From positions 387 to 64,386 of the forward strand of contig CAZLVY010000005.1 of the NCBI GenBank assembly GCA_964563125.1: DNA of 64,000 nucleotides. Reading direction: 5' to 3'. Below, in pieces: positions 18,862 through 29,821 of the stretch. How positions within the stretch are numbered: the first letter of the stretch is position 1; each line of letters begins with the position of its first letter. The position numbers and the translations under genes are program-made. The notes below the pieces were generated by a model, which saw nothing but the letters and a program-made list of their open reading frames with translations, did not search any database and was not told where the DNA came from. The stretch is from an uncultured Syntrophomonas sp. (GTDB lineage Bacteria > Bacillota > Syntrophomonadia > Syntrophomonadales > Syntrophomonadaceae).

Positions 18862-19833
18862 ATGAAAAAAACATGGATATTGTTACTAAGCATGCTATTA
18901 TTACTTGCATTTGCTATAGCAGGCTGTGATAAAGAGGAATCTGCAATTGGAGAAGTGAATGGACAACCTATTACTGCCACAGAATATGACTCGCATCTTA
19001 GTTTTCTGAAATACTATTACGAAGTTCAACAGGGAGCTAAATTAGATGAGGGAAAAGACCAAACTATTATAGAAACGCTCGAAAATCAAACTTTTGATGA
19101 TTTGGTCCTTAAAAAGCTATTATGGCAGCAAGCTGAAAAAGATAAAATAGTTATTGAAGAAAATGTAATTGACGAAGAAATTAAGAAAGCTAAAGAAAAT
19201 CAGGGAGAAGAAAGCTTTAAAAAAGTTTTGACTGAAATGGGCATGAGTGAAAAACAATTGCGCGAACAAATAAAAACTGAGAAAATCTATGCTGAACTTC
19301 AAGAAAAAGTTACAGCAGACATAAAGGTTGCCGATGAAGAAATACAGAAATATTATGAGGAAAATCCAGATTTGTTTGTTGAAGAAGGCGGAATGGAAAT
19401 AGCCCATATTTTAGTTGACACTGAAGAGAAGGCAAAAGAAGTAATAGCCAAATTAAGTCAGGGAAATGATTTTGCCGAGTTAGCTAAAGAATATTCCACT
19501 TGTCCAAGCAGCGCCCAAGGTGGAGAACTGGGATTAATAAATGAAAATAGCGGTTATGTACCTGAATTTAAAGAGCCTGCCTTGAAGCTCAAAGAGGATG
19601 AAATTACTTCTGAACCAGTAAAGAGTGAATTCGGTTTTCATGTGATAAAAGCAGGGACTCTAAAGGAAGCTCGGACTATACCTTTTGCAGAAATTAAAAC
19701 GCAATTAACAGCTCAGCTGTTAGGGGACAAAAAAAGTGAAGCTTATTATAATTACTTGCAGGAACTTCACAAAAATGCGGATATTGTTGACTTGAGAACT
19801 GATAAAGCCGAAACTGAAACGGAAAATAAATAA
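18862..19833 (+). CDS. peptidyl-prolyl isomerase lipoprotein (PrsA/SurA-like parvulin)
   Basis: Lipobox LAFAIAGC and parvulin domain HILV...FAELAKEYSTCPS...GGELG...EFGFHVIK. Confidence 0.85.
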   Translation: MKKTWILLLSMLLLLAFAIAGCDKEESAIGEVNGQPITATEYDSHLSFLKYYYEVQQGAKLDEGKDQTIIETLENQTFDDLVLKKLLWQQAEKDKIVIEENVIDEEIKKAKENQGEESFKKVLTEMGMSEKQLREQIKTEKIYAELQEKVTADIKVADEEIQKYYEENPDLFVEEGGMEIAHILVDTEEKAKEVIAKLSQGNDFAELAKEYSTCPSSAQGGELGLINENSGYVPEFKEPALKLKEDEITSEPVKSEFGFHVIKAGTLKEARTIPFAEIKTQLTAQLLGDKKSEAYYNYLQELHKNADIVDLRTDKAETETENK

Positions 19834-20034
19834 GAAAATACTTTGAGACTGTCCGCCGTGATGGTCTCTTTTTTTGGGCAATGTGCATGAAATTCATGAT
19901 GGAAAATAGGATTTTTACCAGACTTTAAGGGAAAAATATTATTGATAAAAAAATAAAGGATTATAGAATTATTGTGTCGAAAATAAAAAAGTTAGTTGAT
20001 AGTCAAAAAATAAGGGAGAATGGGGAGGTCAATT

Positions 20035-21144
20035 TTGAGAAATTTAAAAAAAATGGGGATTCTTTTGCTGGCACTTATGTTACTTGCCAGTATGGTAGTT
20101 GGATGTGGCAGTCCTGCAGCAACAGAGGACGATAAAAAAGCTGATGAAGCATTTAAAGTAGGATTCATTTACATCGGTACTCCTGGAGATGCAGGCTGGA
20201 CTTTTGCACATGACCAGGGCAGGTTATATCTGGAAGAGCAAATACCTGAAATAGAGACAGTTTTTCTGGAATTAGTTCCTGAAGGCGCAGATGCGGAAAG
20301 AAGTATTGAACAATTAGCTCAAGAAGGATGTAATATAATTGTTGCCAATAGTTTTGGTTACGGAGATGCTATGCTGGAAGTAGCAAAAAGATATCCGGAT
20401 ATAGTTTTTTTACATTGCTCAGGCTTGGAATCAGCTGAAAATGTAGGAACTTACTTTGGGCGTATTTATCAAGCACGTTATTTAAGTGGTATGGTAGCAG
20501 GCGCTATGACAGAGAATAATACTATAGGATATGCTGCTGCATTTCCGATTCCGGAAGTAATCCGCGGTATTAATGCTTTCACTTTAGGAGCACAATCAGT
20601 AAACCCGGATGTGAAAGTTAAAGTTGTCTGGTCACTGACCTGGGTTGACGCAGTACAAGAAAAAGCTGCTGCAGACCGTTTAATAGAAGCTGGTTGTGAT
20701 TTACTGGCTCAGCATGCTGATACACCTGCGGTTCAACAAGCAGCAGAAGCGGCTGGGATCTATGCAATAGGTTACAATAGCGACATGCGCAGTTTTGCAC
20801 CTAATGCTAATCTGACCGGACCAGTTTGGAACTGGGGACCTTACTATGTAAATTCAGTTAAAGCGGTTATGGACGGTACATGGAAATCTGAGGAAATTTG
20901 GACCGGCTTGGAAGATGGAATAGTTGATTTGGCACCTATCTCAGATAAAGTTCCGGCTGACGTATTAGCTCAAGTTGAAGCTAAAAAACAAGAGATGATT
21001 GATAAGAGTTGGGATGTATTTACCGGCCCTATTACTGATCAGGATGGCACTGTCCGAGTTCAGGAAGGTCAAAAATTGACTGACGAAGAAATGCTGGCTT
21101 TAGATTGGTTTGTTGCTGGTGTTGAAGGAAGTCCTAAATCTTAA
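20035..21144 (+). CDS. BMP-family ABC transporter substrate-binding lipoprotein (nucleoside/purine type)
   Basis: Lipobox MVVGCGS and BMP-family body. I prefer the TTG at 20035 (SD GGGGAGG, 6 nt upstream) over the ATG at 20020. Confidence 0.85.
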   Translation: MRNLKKMGILLLALMLLASMVVGCGSPAATEDDKKADEAFKVGFIYIGTPGDAGWTFAHDQGRLYLEEQIPEIETVFLELVPEGADAERSIEQLAQEGCNIIVANSFGYGDAMLEVAKRYPDIVFLHCSGLESAENVGTYFGRIYQARYLSGMVAGAMTENNTIGYAAAFPIPEVIRGINAFTLGAQSVNPDVKVKVVWSLTWVDAVQEKAAADRLIEAGCDLLAQHADTPAVQQAAEAAGIYAIGYNSDMRSFAPNANLTGPVWNWGPYYVNSVKAVMDGTWKSEEIWTGLEDGIVDLAPISDKVPADVLAQVEAKKQEMIDKSWDVFTGPITDQDGTVRVQEGQKLTDEEMLALDWFVAGVEGSPKS

Positions 21145-21161
21145 TATATTTGTTTGCATAA

Positions 21162-21192
21162 AAAGGCGGCTTAATACGCCGCCTTTATTTTT
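21162..21192 (+). terminator. hairpin with U-run between the binding protein and the ATPase genes (possible attenuating terminator)
   Basis: AAAGGCGGC-ttaatac-GCCGCCTTT followed by ATTTTT. Confidence 0.7.
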
Positions 21193-21204
21193 GGAGGAGC
21201 AATT

Positions 21205-22728
21205 ATGAAACGGTTTCCTGTTATTGAAATGGATGGAATAACTAAAACATTTCCCGGGGTATTAGCGAATAATAATATCAGTTTTCGAGTTTACCCGGGT
21301 GAAATACATGCATTACTAGGCGAAAACGGAGCTGGGAAATCAACTTTGATGAGTATATTAGCTGGTCTATACAGACCTGATGAAGGTCATATAAAAGTTA
21401 AAGGGGTAAGTAATAATTTTAAATCACCTCGCAAAGCTTTAGCGGCCGGGATCGGTATGATTTATCAGCATTTCCGTCTGGTTAACAATTTCACCGTAGC
21501 AGAAAATATAGTATTAGGAGCCGGCAAATCAGTAAAAATAAACAGCAAACAGATAGAACAGGAAGCTTTTGAATTTGCTAATAGTTTTGGCTTCGATATT
21601 AATCCGGATGCCCGGATTTATCAATTATCACTTGGTGAACAGCAAAAAGTTGAAATTATAAAAATGTTGTATCGTGGCTGTGATATTTTAATAATGGACG
21701 AGCCTACAACGGTACTTACTCCGCAGGAAGTAAAAGATTTGTTTAAAACTCTTAGATTTATGGCCAGCCAAGGTAAAGCAGTAGTTTTAATAACGCATAA
21801 ATTACATGAAGTAATGGAAGTAGCGGATTATGTAACTGTGTTAAGACGCGGGGAAGTAGTGGGCAGCAACAGGATCGAAGATGTTGACGAGGCTATTTTA
21901 ACTAAGATGATGGTCGCCCGGGAAGTTATTTTTAACGAAGTAGGCCATTCAATTAAGGCCGGAGATAAGATTTTAGAATTAAATAATATCAATGTATATG
22001 GTGATCAGGGTTATTTAGCTGTAAAAGATATAGATTTAGATATCCGCAGTGGCGAAATAGTTGCCATTGCAGGAGTAGCAGGTAATGGACAAAGAGAATT
22101 AGTGGAGGTTATTGCCGGCTTAAGAAAAATGCAGGATGGCTCAATAAAGCTGGATGGCAAGGAGATTAATAATCTTAATATCAGACAAAGGTTAGCTATT
22201 GGTATAACTGTTGTGCCTGAAGATAGAATGGGCATGGGACTTGTCCCCAATTTAAATGTTTTAGAAAATGTTATCTTAAGAACTTATTACAATAAAAAAT
22301 ACTCGGATGGGATGTTTATAGATTATAAAGCTATACGCACTTACGCCAAAAAATTAGTAGAGGATTATAATATATTTCTCTCTGATTTAAGACATCCGAT
22401 TAATTATATGTCAGGTGGCAACCTGCAAAAACTGTTATTAGCCAGAGAAATAAGTCAGAGTCCTCGTGTATTGGTGGCTTCTTATCCGTCCCGGGGCCTT
22501 GATATTGCGGCAGCAGAATCCATATATAATATTTTGCTGCAGGAAAGAGATAAGGGAACCGGAATCCTTTTGGTTCTGGAAGATTTAGATGATATTTTCC
22601 GTTATGCTGACAGAGTAGCAGTTATGTATGCGGGTGGGATCAAACAAATATTAAATGTAGCTGAAACGAATGTAGATGAAATAGGGGCATTGATGTTGGG
22701 AGCACAATACGCGAGGAAATCATCATGA
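21205..22728 (+). CDS. ABC transporter ATP-binding protein with duplicated ATPase domains
   Basis: Walker A GENGAGKST, signature LSLGEQQ/MSGGNLQ, two NBDs, 507 aa. Confidence 0.92.
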   Translation: MKRFPVIEMDGITKTFPGVLANNNISFRVYPGEIHALLGENGAGKSTLMSILAGLYRPDEGHIKVKGVSNNFKSPRKALAAGIGMIYQHFRLVNNFTVAENIVLGAGKSVKINSKQIEQEAFEFANSFGFDINPDARIYQLSLGEQQKVEIIKMLYRGCDILIMDEPTTVLTPQEVKDLFKTLRFMASQGKAVVLITHKLHEVMEVADYVTVLRRGEVVGSNRIEDVDEAILTKMMVAREVIFNEVGHSIKAGDKILELNNINVYGDQGYLAVKDIDLDIRSGEIVAIAGVAGNGQRELVEVIAGLRKMQDGSIKLDGKEINNLNIRQRLAIGITVVPEDRMGMGLVPNLNVLENVILRTYYNKKYSDGMFIDYKAIRTYAKKLVEDYNIFLSDLRHPINYMSGGNLQKLLLAREISQSPRVLVASYPSRGLDIAAAESIYNILLQERDKGTGILLVLEDLDDIFRYADRVAVMYAGGIKQILNVAETNVDEIGALMLGAQYARKSS

Positions 22729-23792
22729 ATAAACTGAGGATGGTAAAACGCGAATATGATTCTTTAGCAATTAAAATAGCGGTTCCTGTATTATCTATAT
22801 TGTTAGCTTTTTTACTGGGAGGTCTGTTTTTATATTTTTCCGGATATAACCCGGGAGAAACTTTTTTGCGGATGTACAAAGGTGCATTCGGAACCAGTTA
22901 CGCTATATCTGAAACTATAGTAAAAGCTATTCCTTTAATGATAGCAGGTTTGGCTGTTTCTCTGGCATTTCGCATGAAGTTATGGAATATAGGTGCTGAA
23001 GGGCAAATATATATGGGAGCTTTTGCCGCCTCAGGAGTGGCACTATCTTTTGGTGATCTCAGTCCTTACATGCTGCTGCCTTTAATGTTCTTGGCCGGGT
23101 TTGCGGGCGGAGCAGTATGGGGTTATATACCAGGTGCTTTACGCGGATACTGGCAAGTTAATGAAACTATCACCAGTTTGATGTTAAACTATGTGGCAAT
23201 ATTCTGGGTGAATTTTTTAGTATTCGGACCCTGGAAAGACCCTGCCAGTAAAGGCTTTCCTCTTACTCCACGCTTTTCACTAAGTGGTTATCTGCCCACA
23301 TTGGGTGACAGCCGGGTACATTTGGGTTTAATTATTGCGGTGGTAATTGCTTTTATATTTTATCTGGTGCTTAAATACAGCCGTTGGGGTTATGAAATCA
23401 AAGTGATTGGGGAAAGCCAAAATGCTGCGCGCTACGCAGGTATGAATGTTGCCCGCAATATTGTACTGGTTATGCTTATCAGCGGCGGAATAGCCGGGAT
23501 AACCGGTATGATTGAAGTCTCAGGCATTACCCACCGCCTGCAGCAGGATATATCGCCAGGTTATGGCTATACCGCCATAATAGTTGCTTGGCTGGCCCGT
23601 TTGAATCCTTTTACAATAATATTGGTGGCTTTTCTGTTTGGAGCCTTGTTAGTAGGAGGTTTTGGGGTGCAAACTTTTGGTATTCCTTATTCGATTGTAC
23701 TTATGCTGCAGGGAAGTGTGCTCTTTTTCCTCTTAGCAGGTGAATTTTTAATCAAGTATAAAATTGTTGTAGTCAGGAAGGAGGCTAAATAG
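22725..23792 (+). CDS. ABC transporter permease
   Basis: A 355-aa polytopic ORF with a 4-nt overlap with the ATPase gene. Confidence 0.88.
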   Translation: MNKLRMVKREYDSLAIKIAVPVLSILLAFLLGGLFLYFSGYNPGETFLRMYKGAFGTSYAISETIVKAIPLMIAGLAVSLAFRMKLWNIGAEGQIYMGAFAASGVALSFGDLSPYMLLPLMFLAGFAGGAVWGYIPGALRGYWQVNETITSLMLNYVAIFWVNFLVFGPWKDPASKGFPLTPRFSLSGYLPTLGDSRVHLGLIIAVVIAFIFYLVLKYSRWGYEIKVIGESQNAARYAGMNVARNIVLVMLISGGIAGITGMIEVSGITHRLQQDISPGYGYTAIIVAWLARLNPFTIILVAFLFGALLVGGFGVQTFGIPYSIVLMLQGSVLFFLLAGEFLIKYKIVVVRKEAK

Positions 23793-24721
23793 TGGATAGT
23801 CATGTGATAATAGCGCTTCTTGCTGCTGCTATTATAGCCGGAACCCCAATATTACTGGCAGCATTGGGGGAACTATTGGCTGAAAGATCAGGTATACTCA
23901 ATCTTGGCGTAGAAGGTATGATGCTGGTTGGCGCAGTAGTCGGGTTTATTTTTACTATCAAAACCGGCAATCACTGGTATGGCTTTTTAGCGGCCATGAT
24001 TGGCGGAAGTCTGATAGCCAGTATCCATGCTTTTATTTCAATTACTCTCAAGGGAAATCAGGTAGTCAGCGGGCTGGCTTTAACTATATTCGGAACTGGA
24101 ATCAGCGGATTTCTCGGCAAGGCCTATCAAGGTATTCCTACCTCAGACCCGGTTAATTCGATTGCTGTACCTTATTTAAGTGAAATTCCTGTAATGGGAA
24201 CTATTTTTTTTAATCATGATCCATTAGTGTATATTAGCTTTTTCTTGGCCATTATTTTCTGGCTGATTCTGTATAGAACTAACTGGGGATTAAGTATAAG
24301 GGCAGTTGGAGAGAATCCGGCTTCAGCTGACGCAGTGGGTATAAGTGTTTCTAAAGTACGCTATTTTTGTACAATTATGGGCGGTATGATGGCCGGTTTG
24401 GGTGGAGCTTATTTATCTTTGGCATATGCTCCTTCATGGCAGGAAAATATGACAGCAGGCAGAGGTTGGATAGCAGTAGCACTGGTTATATTTGCTCTCT
24501 GGAATCCGTTATGGGCAGTAGTTGGCTCATACTTATTCGGCGGCGTTGAAGCAATGACCTTCGGATTGCAGATTGCCGGCATTAAAATATCGTCCTTTTT
24601 CCTGCAAATGATGCCTTATCTTCTAACTATATTTGTTTTAGTGGTAGTTACCATTAAAATGCGTCAGGATGCAGGTGCTCCTAATGCACTTGGTGTTGCT
24701 TATGACCGAGAAGAACGATGA
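23792..24721 (+). CDS. ABC transporter permease
   Basis: A 309-aa polytopic ORF with a GTG start overlapping the preceding stop. Confidence 0.88.
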   Translation: MDSHVIIALLAAAIIAGTPILLAALGELLAERSGILNLGVEGMMLVGAVVGFIFTIKTGNHWYGFLAAMIGGSLIASIHAFISITLKGNQVVSGLALTIFGTGISGFLGKAYQGIPTSDPVNSIAVPYLSEIPVMGTIFFNHDPLVYISFFLAIIFWLILYRTNWGLSIRAVGENPASADAVGISVSKVRYFCTIMGGMMAGLGGAYLSLAYAPSWQENMTAGRGWIAVALVIFALWNPLWAVVGSYLFGGVEAMTFGLQIAGIKISSFFLQMMPYLLTIFVLVVVTIKMRQDAGAPNALGVAYDREER

Positions 24722-24803
24722 AATTTCCAAGCTAAAATAAAAAAGCGCATGAAATCTAATACTATATTTATCAGGCTAAAACGTTTTAAAGCAGGAGGAT
24801 AGT

Positions 24804-26231
24804 ATGCTGGAAAAAAAAGTCTTAAGTCAGGTTTTGGAAGAAGCTTTGAGAAGAGGCGGCGACTATGCAGAAATATATGTAGAAGAAAAAACCGCCAGCA
24901 ATGTTTTTTACGAGGATAGCAAAATTGAAAAAATAAACAGCGGTCGCGAAAAAGGCGCTGGCATACGGGTAATTAAAGACGGCAGCACTGCCTATGTTTA
25001 TACTAATGATTTATCAACTGAAAGTTTATGCCAGGCAGCATCTGTAGCAAGTCATGCTGCCGGTTCCAGGGAAGGTATAAATAGGCCTGAGATAGCATTG
25101 AACCTCAAAAGCCTGGACCATGAAATATATGATATTCGCCAGCCCGACGAAGTGTCTTTTAAAGATAAAATTGAGCGGGTTTTATCTGCTAATAAAGCAG
25201 CCCGCAATTATAGTGAAGAAATACGCCAGGTAACGATTGCTCTGGGTGATGTCCGTAAATCGATTCAGATAGCCAATAGTGATGGTGAAATGGTAGAGGA
25301 TGAAAAAGCTCGGGTGAGAATGATAGTCAGTACCGTTTCCGCAAAGGATAATATTGTACAAACTGGCTATGAATCGGCTGGTGAAATTGGCGGTTGGGAG
25401 CTTTTTGATCGGGTTTCTCTTGATGATTTGGCTATTAAAGCGTCCAGCTTAGCTGTAAAAATGCTTTCCGCCCGACCGGCTCCAGCGGGAACAATGCCGG
25501 TTGTAATGTCTTCAGAAGCAGGCGGGACATTAGTTCACGAAGCCTGCGGTCATGGTCTGGAGGCTGATCTAGTTCAAAAAGGACTATCAGTTTATAAAGG
25601 CAAAATCGGTAAAATAGTAGCGGCTCCAGGAGTCGATATTATTGATGATGCAACCATTGACCGCAAGTTTGGTTCTTTTAACTTTGATGATGAAGGTACT
25701 TATGGACAAAAAACAGTTTTAATCAAAGATGGGGAACTGCTTGGGTATATGTATGACCGGTTGACGGCACAAAAGGACCAGACTACTTCAACCGGTAACG
25801 GGCGACGGGAGTCATATCAGCATAAACCGATACCGCGCATGACAAATACTATGATAGCTGCCGGATTGGAAGAGCCTGAAGATATTATAAAATCGACTCA
25901 GGGTGGTCTGCTGGTTAAAAAAATGGGAGGCGGTCAGGTTAATACTACTAACGGTGATTTTGTTTTCGATGTGCAGGAAGCTTATGTAATTGAAGCTGGT
26001 GAAATAAAATATCCGGTACGTGGAGCTACTTTGACCGGGAACGGACCTGAAGTTTTAATGAATATAGATAGAATTGGCAAAGATTTAGGATTTGGCATTG
26101 GTACTTGCGGCAAAGACGGGCAGGGGGTGCCGGTATCTGATGCTCAGCCTACTATACGTATAAAACAGCTTACTGTAGGAGGTACCATGATGGCAGATGG
26201 ACCCCAGATTAAGAGAATAAGACGAAAATAG
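24804..26231 (+). CDS. tldD: TldD-family metalloprotease
   Basis: HEACGHGLE zinc motif, 475 aa, paired with pmbA. Confidence 0.9.
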   Translation: MLEKKVLSQVLEEALRRGGDYAEIYVEEKTASNVFYEDSKIEKINSGREKGAGIRVIKDGSTAYVYTNDLSTESLCQAASVASHAAGSREGINRPEIALNLKSLDHEIYDIRQPDEVSFKDKIERVLSANKAARNYSEEIRQVTIALGDVRKSIQIANSDGEMVEDEKARVRMIVSTVSAKDNIVQTGYESAGEIGGWELFDRVSLDDLAIKASSLAVKMLSARPAPAGTMPVVMSSEAGGTLVHEACGHGLEADLVQKGLSVYKGKIGKIVAAPGVDIIDDATIDRKFGSFNFDDEGTYGQKTVLIKDGELLGYMYDRLTAQKDQTTSTGNGRRESYQHKPIPRMTNTMIAAGLEEPEDIIKSTQGGLLVKKMGGGQVNTTNGDFVFDVQEAYVIEAGEIKYPVRGATLTGNGPEVLMNIDRIGKDLGFGIGTCGKDGQGVPVSDAQPTIRIKQLTVGGTMMADGPQIKRIRRK

Positions 26232-26241
26232 GAGGGCCGCC

Positions 26242-27585
26242 ATGAATGAAGAATTATTGAAAAAAGCCGGTATTATAGCTTTAGAGGCAGGCATCCGCAG
26301 GGGTGTTCATACCGAAGTCTATCTTCAGGCCAGTCGTCAGTTGAGCATAGAAGTGGCAGATTCAGTGGTCGAGACATTGAAAGAAGCAGAAGAGACTGGT
26401 CTGGGAATAAGATTAATTAATGAAGGTAAACTCGGCTTTGCTTACACCAGTGATCTTTCTGCTGAAGCTATTTTAGAAGCAGTAAATGATGCTTACAATA
26501 TAACCGATTTTACTTCTACTGATAAATACAATCAGATACCTGTGGGACCATATGAATACCAGCCTATGGAGCTATATGATGAGCAGATTAAAAAGGCTTC
26601 TGTAGAAGCAAAAATTGAACTGGCCCGACAGGTGGAAAAAGCCGCGCGGGAAGCCGACAGCCGCATTTCAATTATCGAAACGGCCGGGTATGAAGATACA
26701 GAATATATATCATTAATAATGAATACCAATGGTTTGTATGCCAGCGGACAGGGTAATTTTAGCGGTATGTATATTTCTCTGGTTGCGGAAGAGAAAGGTG
26801 ATGCCCAGAATGGTTTTGCCATGCGCCTGCAGAAATGGTTTAAAGATTTAGATCCGCAGGAAGTTGGCCGGGAAGCTGCCCTAAAAGCAGTCCGCAGCCT
26901 TAATGCCCGTACGATAAAATCAGCTCATTTGGCTTGCATTATGGAACCCTATGTAGTTACACAATTTTTAGGGATTCTCGCCCAGATGGTTGATGCCGAG
27001 ACTGTACAAAAAGGAAAATCTCTGTTTGCCGGTAAAATAGGGCAAAAGATAGCATCACCGCTGTTTACTCTGGTTGATGATTCAACCTGGTTGGACGGAG
27101 TGGGTAGTTTTCCTTTTGATGGAGAAGGAGTTCCTGCCCAGCGCAATCTGGTAGTAAAAGAGGGAATTCTGCAAACTTATTTGTACGATACTTATACTGC
27201 TGCCAAAGATGGTGTCTCCTCAACCGGTAATGCTCAAAGAGGCTCATTTCGATCTCTGCCGACTGTCGGTACTTCTAACTTCATGATTTCAGCGGGTGAC
27301 AACAGCCTCGAAAGTTTAGTAGCTGAAATTGATAAAGGATTTTATATAACTGATGTAATGGGGATGCATACCGCCAATCCTATTTCAGGAGATTTTTCCG
27401 TGGGAGCTGCGGGAATTATGATTGAAAATGGATATCTGACTTATGCGGTGCGTGGAGTGACTATTGCCGGCAACATAATTGGTTTTCTGCAGGATATTGA
27501 TGCAGTTGGCAATGATTTGCGTTTTTATGGCAGCAAAGCTGCACCGACCATTAGACTGAAAAGTTTAAGCATTGGTGGTAAATAA
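26242..27585 (+). CDS. pmbA: PmbA/TldE-family protein
   Basis: A 447-aa ORF in the TldD/PmbA family that lacks the HExxH motif. Confidence 0.88.
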   Translation: MNEELLKKAGIIALEAGIRRGVHTEVYLQASRQLSIEVADSVVETLKEAEETGLGIRLINEGKLGFAYTSDLSAEAILEAVNDAYNITDFTSTDKYNQIPVGPYEYQPMELYDEQIKKASVEAKIELARQVEKAAREADSRISIIETAGYEDTEYISLIMNTNGLYASGQGNFSGMYISLVAEEKGDAQNGFAMRLQKWFKDLDPQEVGREAALKAVRSLNARTIKSAHLACIMEPYVVTQFLGILAQMVDAETVQKGKSLFAGKIGQKIASPLFTLVDDSTWLDGVGSFPFDGEGVPAQRNLVVKEGILQTYLYDTYTAAKDGVSSTGNAQRGSFRSLPTVGTSNFMISAGDNSLESLVAEIDKGFYITDVMGMHTANPISGDFSVGAAGIMIENGYLTYAVRGVTIAGNIIGFLQDIDAVGNDLRFYGSKAAPTIRLKSLSIGGK

Positions 27586-27598
27586 GGGGGGGCAGGAA

Positions 27599-28042
27599 AT
27601 GGGAGACAAGATACTAATTATAAATGGACCAAATCTTAATTTGTTGGGCATAAGAGAACCAGACTTATACGGCAGTCAGACTCTGGAACAGATTAATACA
27701 GATTTAAAGAGTATTGCTGCTGAAAACGGAGTTAAGCTGGAACTATTCCAATCCAATTCAGAAGGCACCATCATCGATAAAATTCAATCTGCTTATGGTG
27801 AATTCAGATTTATAATTATTAATGCCGGAGCCCTTACTCACTACAGCATTGCTATTCACGACGCACTAAAGGCTGTAAATATTCCTGTTATTGAAGTACA
27901 TTTAACCAACATATATGCCCGGGAAGATTTTCGCCGGCATTCTTTTATTTCACCGGTTGCAACCGGAGGGATATTTGGAATGGGACCTGCGGGATATGAA
28001 ATGGCTTTGCGGGCAGCTATAAATATTTTAAATAATAATTAG
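27599..28042 (+). CDS. aroQ: type II 3-dehydroquinate dehydratase
   Basis: ILIINGPNLNLLGIREPDLYG and AGALTHYS...EVHLTNIYARE. ATG at 27599 with SD GGGGGG. Confidence 0.92.
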   Translation: MGDKILIINGPNLNLLGIREPDLYGSQTLEQINTDLKSIAAENGVKLELFQSNSEGTIIDKIQSAYGEFRFIIINAGALTHYSIAIHDALKAVNIPVIEVHLTNIYAREDFRRHSFISPVATGGIFGMGPAGYEMALRAAINILNNN

Positions 28043-28056
28043 CAAAAATTAATCTT

Positions 28057-29142
28057 ATGAGAATTTCTGAGGTGATAATTATTAACAACAGACTTTCGAA
28101 TTTGCGAAGCCGCATGACAGAGCAAAAAATGGATGCTTTTTTAGTAACTAAGCCAGAGAATATAAGGTATTTATCCGGTTTTACCGGGGGTAATGATGCC
28201 AGACTATTTATAACCGGTCAAAACAAATATATTATTAGTGATTCCCGCTATAGACAACAGATTGCGCGGGAAAGTTCAGACTGGGAGCTACTTGAAGAAA
28301 AAGGTTTTGATGGGACCAAATTTAATATACTTGCTGATAACTTTAATACAATAGGGTTTGAAAGTCAGGTAGTAAGCTATGATACATATCAATCCTGGGC
28401 GGCTAAGCTTAAAGCAAAATTAATACCATCAACTGGTATGATAGAATTAAACAGAATTATTAAAGATGAAGAAGAATTAAACCTGATCAGAAAAGCTGCT
28501 AAAATCGGGGATGAAGTATTTACAGAAATCATTACCAAAATCAAACCCGGTATAAGTGAAAAAGATATTGCCAGTCAAATTGCTTATTTACTGCGCCAAA
28601 AAGGATGCGAGAAAGAGGCTTTTGACACAATAGTAGTAGCAGGCGAAAATGCTGCCCTTCCCCATGGAACCCCTGGTCAAAAGATAATAACTGATGGTAA
28701 TATGGTAACAATGGATTTTGGCGGTTTTTATCAAGGTTATCTGGCAGATATGACCAGAACAGTAGTAGCAGGAAAAATTACAACTGATTTCTATGATAAG
28801 TATATGGCCGTATTGGAGGCCCAGGAATTAGGGATATCACTTGTGAAAGCAGGTATTAGCTGTAAAGACTTGGATAATGCGGTTCGGGACCGATTACAGC
28901 TATTTGGTTTGGATCAGTACTTTCTGCACAGCACCGGACATGGAGTAGGTCTGGAGGTTCATGAACAGCCGACTGTTTCGCAAAGAAGTGATACTATCTT
29001 AATGCCGGATATGGTAATAACCATTGAACCGGGCATTTACATAAAGGGATGGGGAGGAATAAGAATAGAAGATACCGTAATAGTAAAGAACGATGGCTGT
29101 GAAGTTGTAACCAGTTCAGATAAGGCTATTTTACAGATATAA
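28057..29142 (+). CDS. Xaa-Pro aminopeptidase (M24B family)
   Basis: M24 metal ligands (DFGG...D, HGVGLEVHE, EPGIY...IRIED). The exact start codon is uncertain. Confidence 0.85.
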   Translation: MRISEVIIINNRLSNLRSRMTEQKMDAFLVTKPENIRYLSGFTGGNDARLFITGQNKYIISDSRYRQQIARESSDWELLEEKGFDGTKFNILADNFNTIGFESQVVSYDTYQSWAAKLKAKLIPSTGMIELNRIIKDEEELNLIRKAAKIGDEVFTEIITKIKPGISEKDIASQIAYLLRQKGCEKEAFDTIVVAGENAALPHGTPGQKIITDGNMVTMDFGGFYQGYLADMTRTVVAGKITTDFYDKYMAVLEAQELGISLVKAGISCKDLDNAVRDRLQLFGLDQYFLHSTGHGVGLEVHEQPTVSQRSDTILMPDMVITIEPGIYIKGWGGIRIEDTVIVKNDGCEVVTSSDKAILQI

Positions 29143-29154
29143 TGGAGGGATGAA

Positions 29155-29712
29155 ATGATTTCCGTAAATGATTTTAAAAATGGTGTAACTATTGAAATGG
29201 ATGGTCAGGCATTTCAGGTAGTGGATTTCCAACATGTAAAACCAGGCAAGGGAGCAGCATTTGTAAGAGCTAAACTGAAAAATGTTAAATCTGGTTCTGT
29301 AGTGGAAAAGACTTTCCGTGGTGGTGAAAGAATGCCACGCGCACGTCTTGATAAGCGGGAAATGCAATTTTTGTATAAAGATAGCGATGGATATAATTTT
29401 ATGGATAACGAAAATTATGATCAAATCAGTATCAGTGCAGAAGCGTTGGGGGACAGTTCTAAATGGCTGTTGGAAAATATGAATATTGAGGTATTGTTAT
29501 TTCAGGAAAATATTATTGGTATCGAACTGCCTAATTTTGTGGAGATGGAAGTTATTGAAACCGAACCAAGTGTAAAAGGTGATACGGCTACAGGCGCTAC
29601 TAAACTTGCTAAACTAGTAACGGGAGTTTCTGTACAGGTGCCGCTTTTTATCAACGAGGGTGACCGCTTAAGAATTGATACCCGTACCGGACAGTACATG
29701 GAAAGAGCATAA
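29155..29712 (+). CDS. efp: elongation factor P
   Basis: [10 protein letters not shown]...[16 protein letters not shown], 185 aa. Confidence 0.96.
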   Translation: MISVNDFKNGVTIEMDGQAFQVVDFQHVKPGKGAAFVRAKLKNVKSGSVVEKTFRGGERMPRARLDKREMQFLYKDSDGYNFMDNENYDQISISAEALGDSSKWLLENMNIEVLLFQENIIGIELPNFVEMEVIETEPSVKGDTATGATKLAKLVTGVSVQVPLFINEGDRLRIDTRTGQYMERA

Positions 29713-29755
29713 AAAACAGTTTATAGTAAAATAAAAGTTAATAAATACAGTGTTT

Positions 29756-29820
29756 AAAATCCTCCTTTTATAGAAATAATAATCTTAATTTGATTTATTA
29801 CAAAATAAAAGGAGGATTTT
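29756..29820 (+). promoter_or_regulatory. 16-bp perfect inverted repeat whose 3' arm contains the Shine-Dalgarno of the next gene
   Basis: AAAATCCTCCTTTTAT (29756..29771) pairs with ATAAAAGGAGGATTTT (29805..29820). The ATG is at 29822, and a T-run follows the stem. Confidence 0.6.
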
Positions 29821-29821
29821 T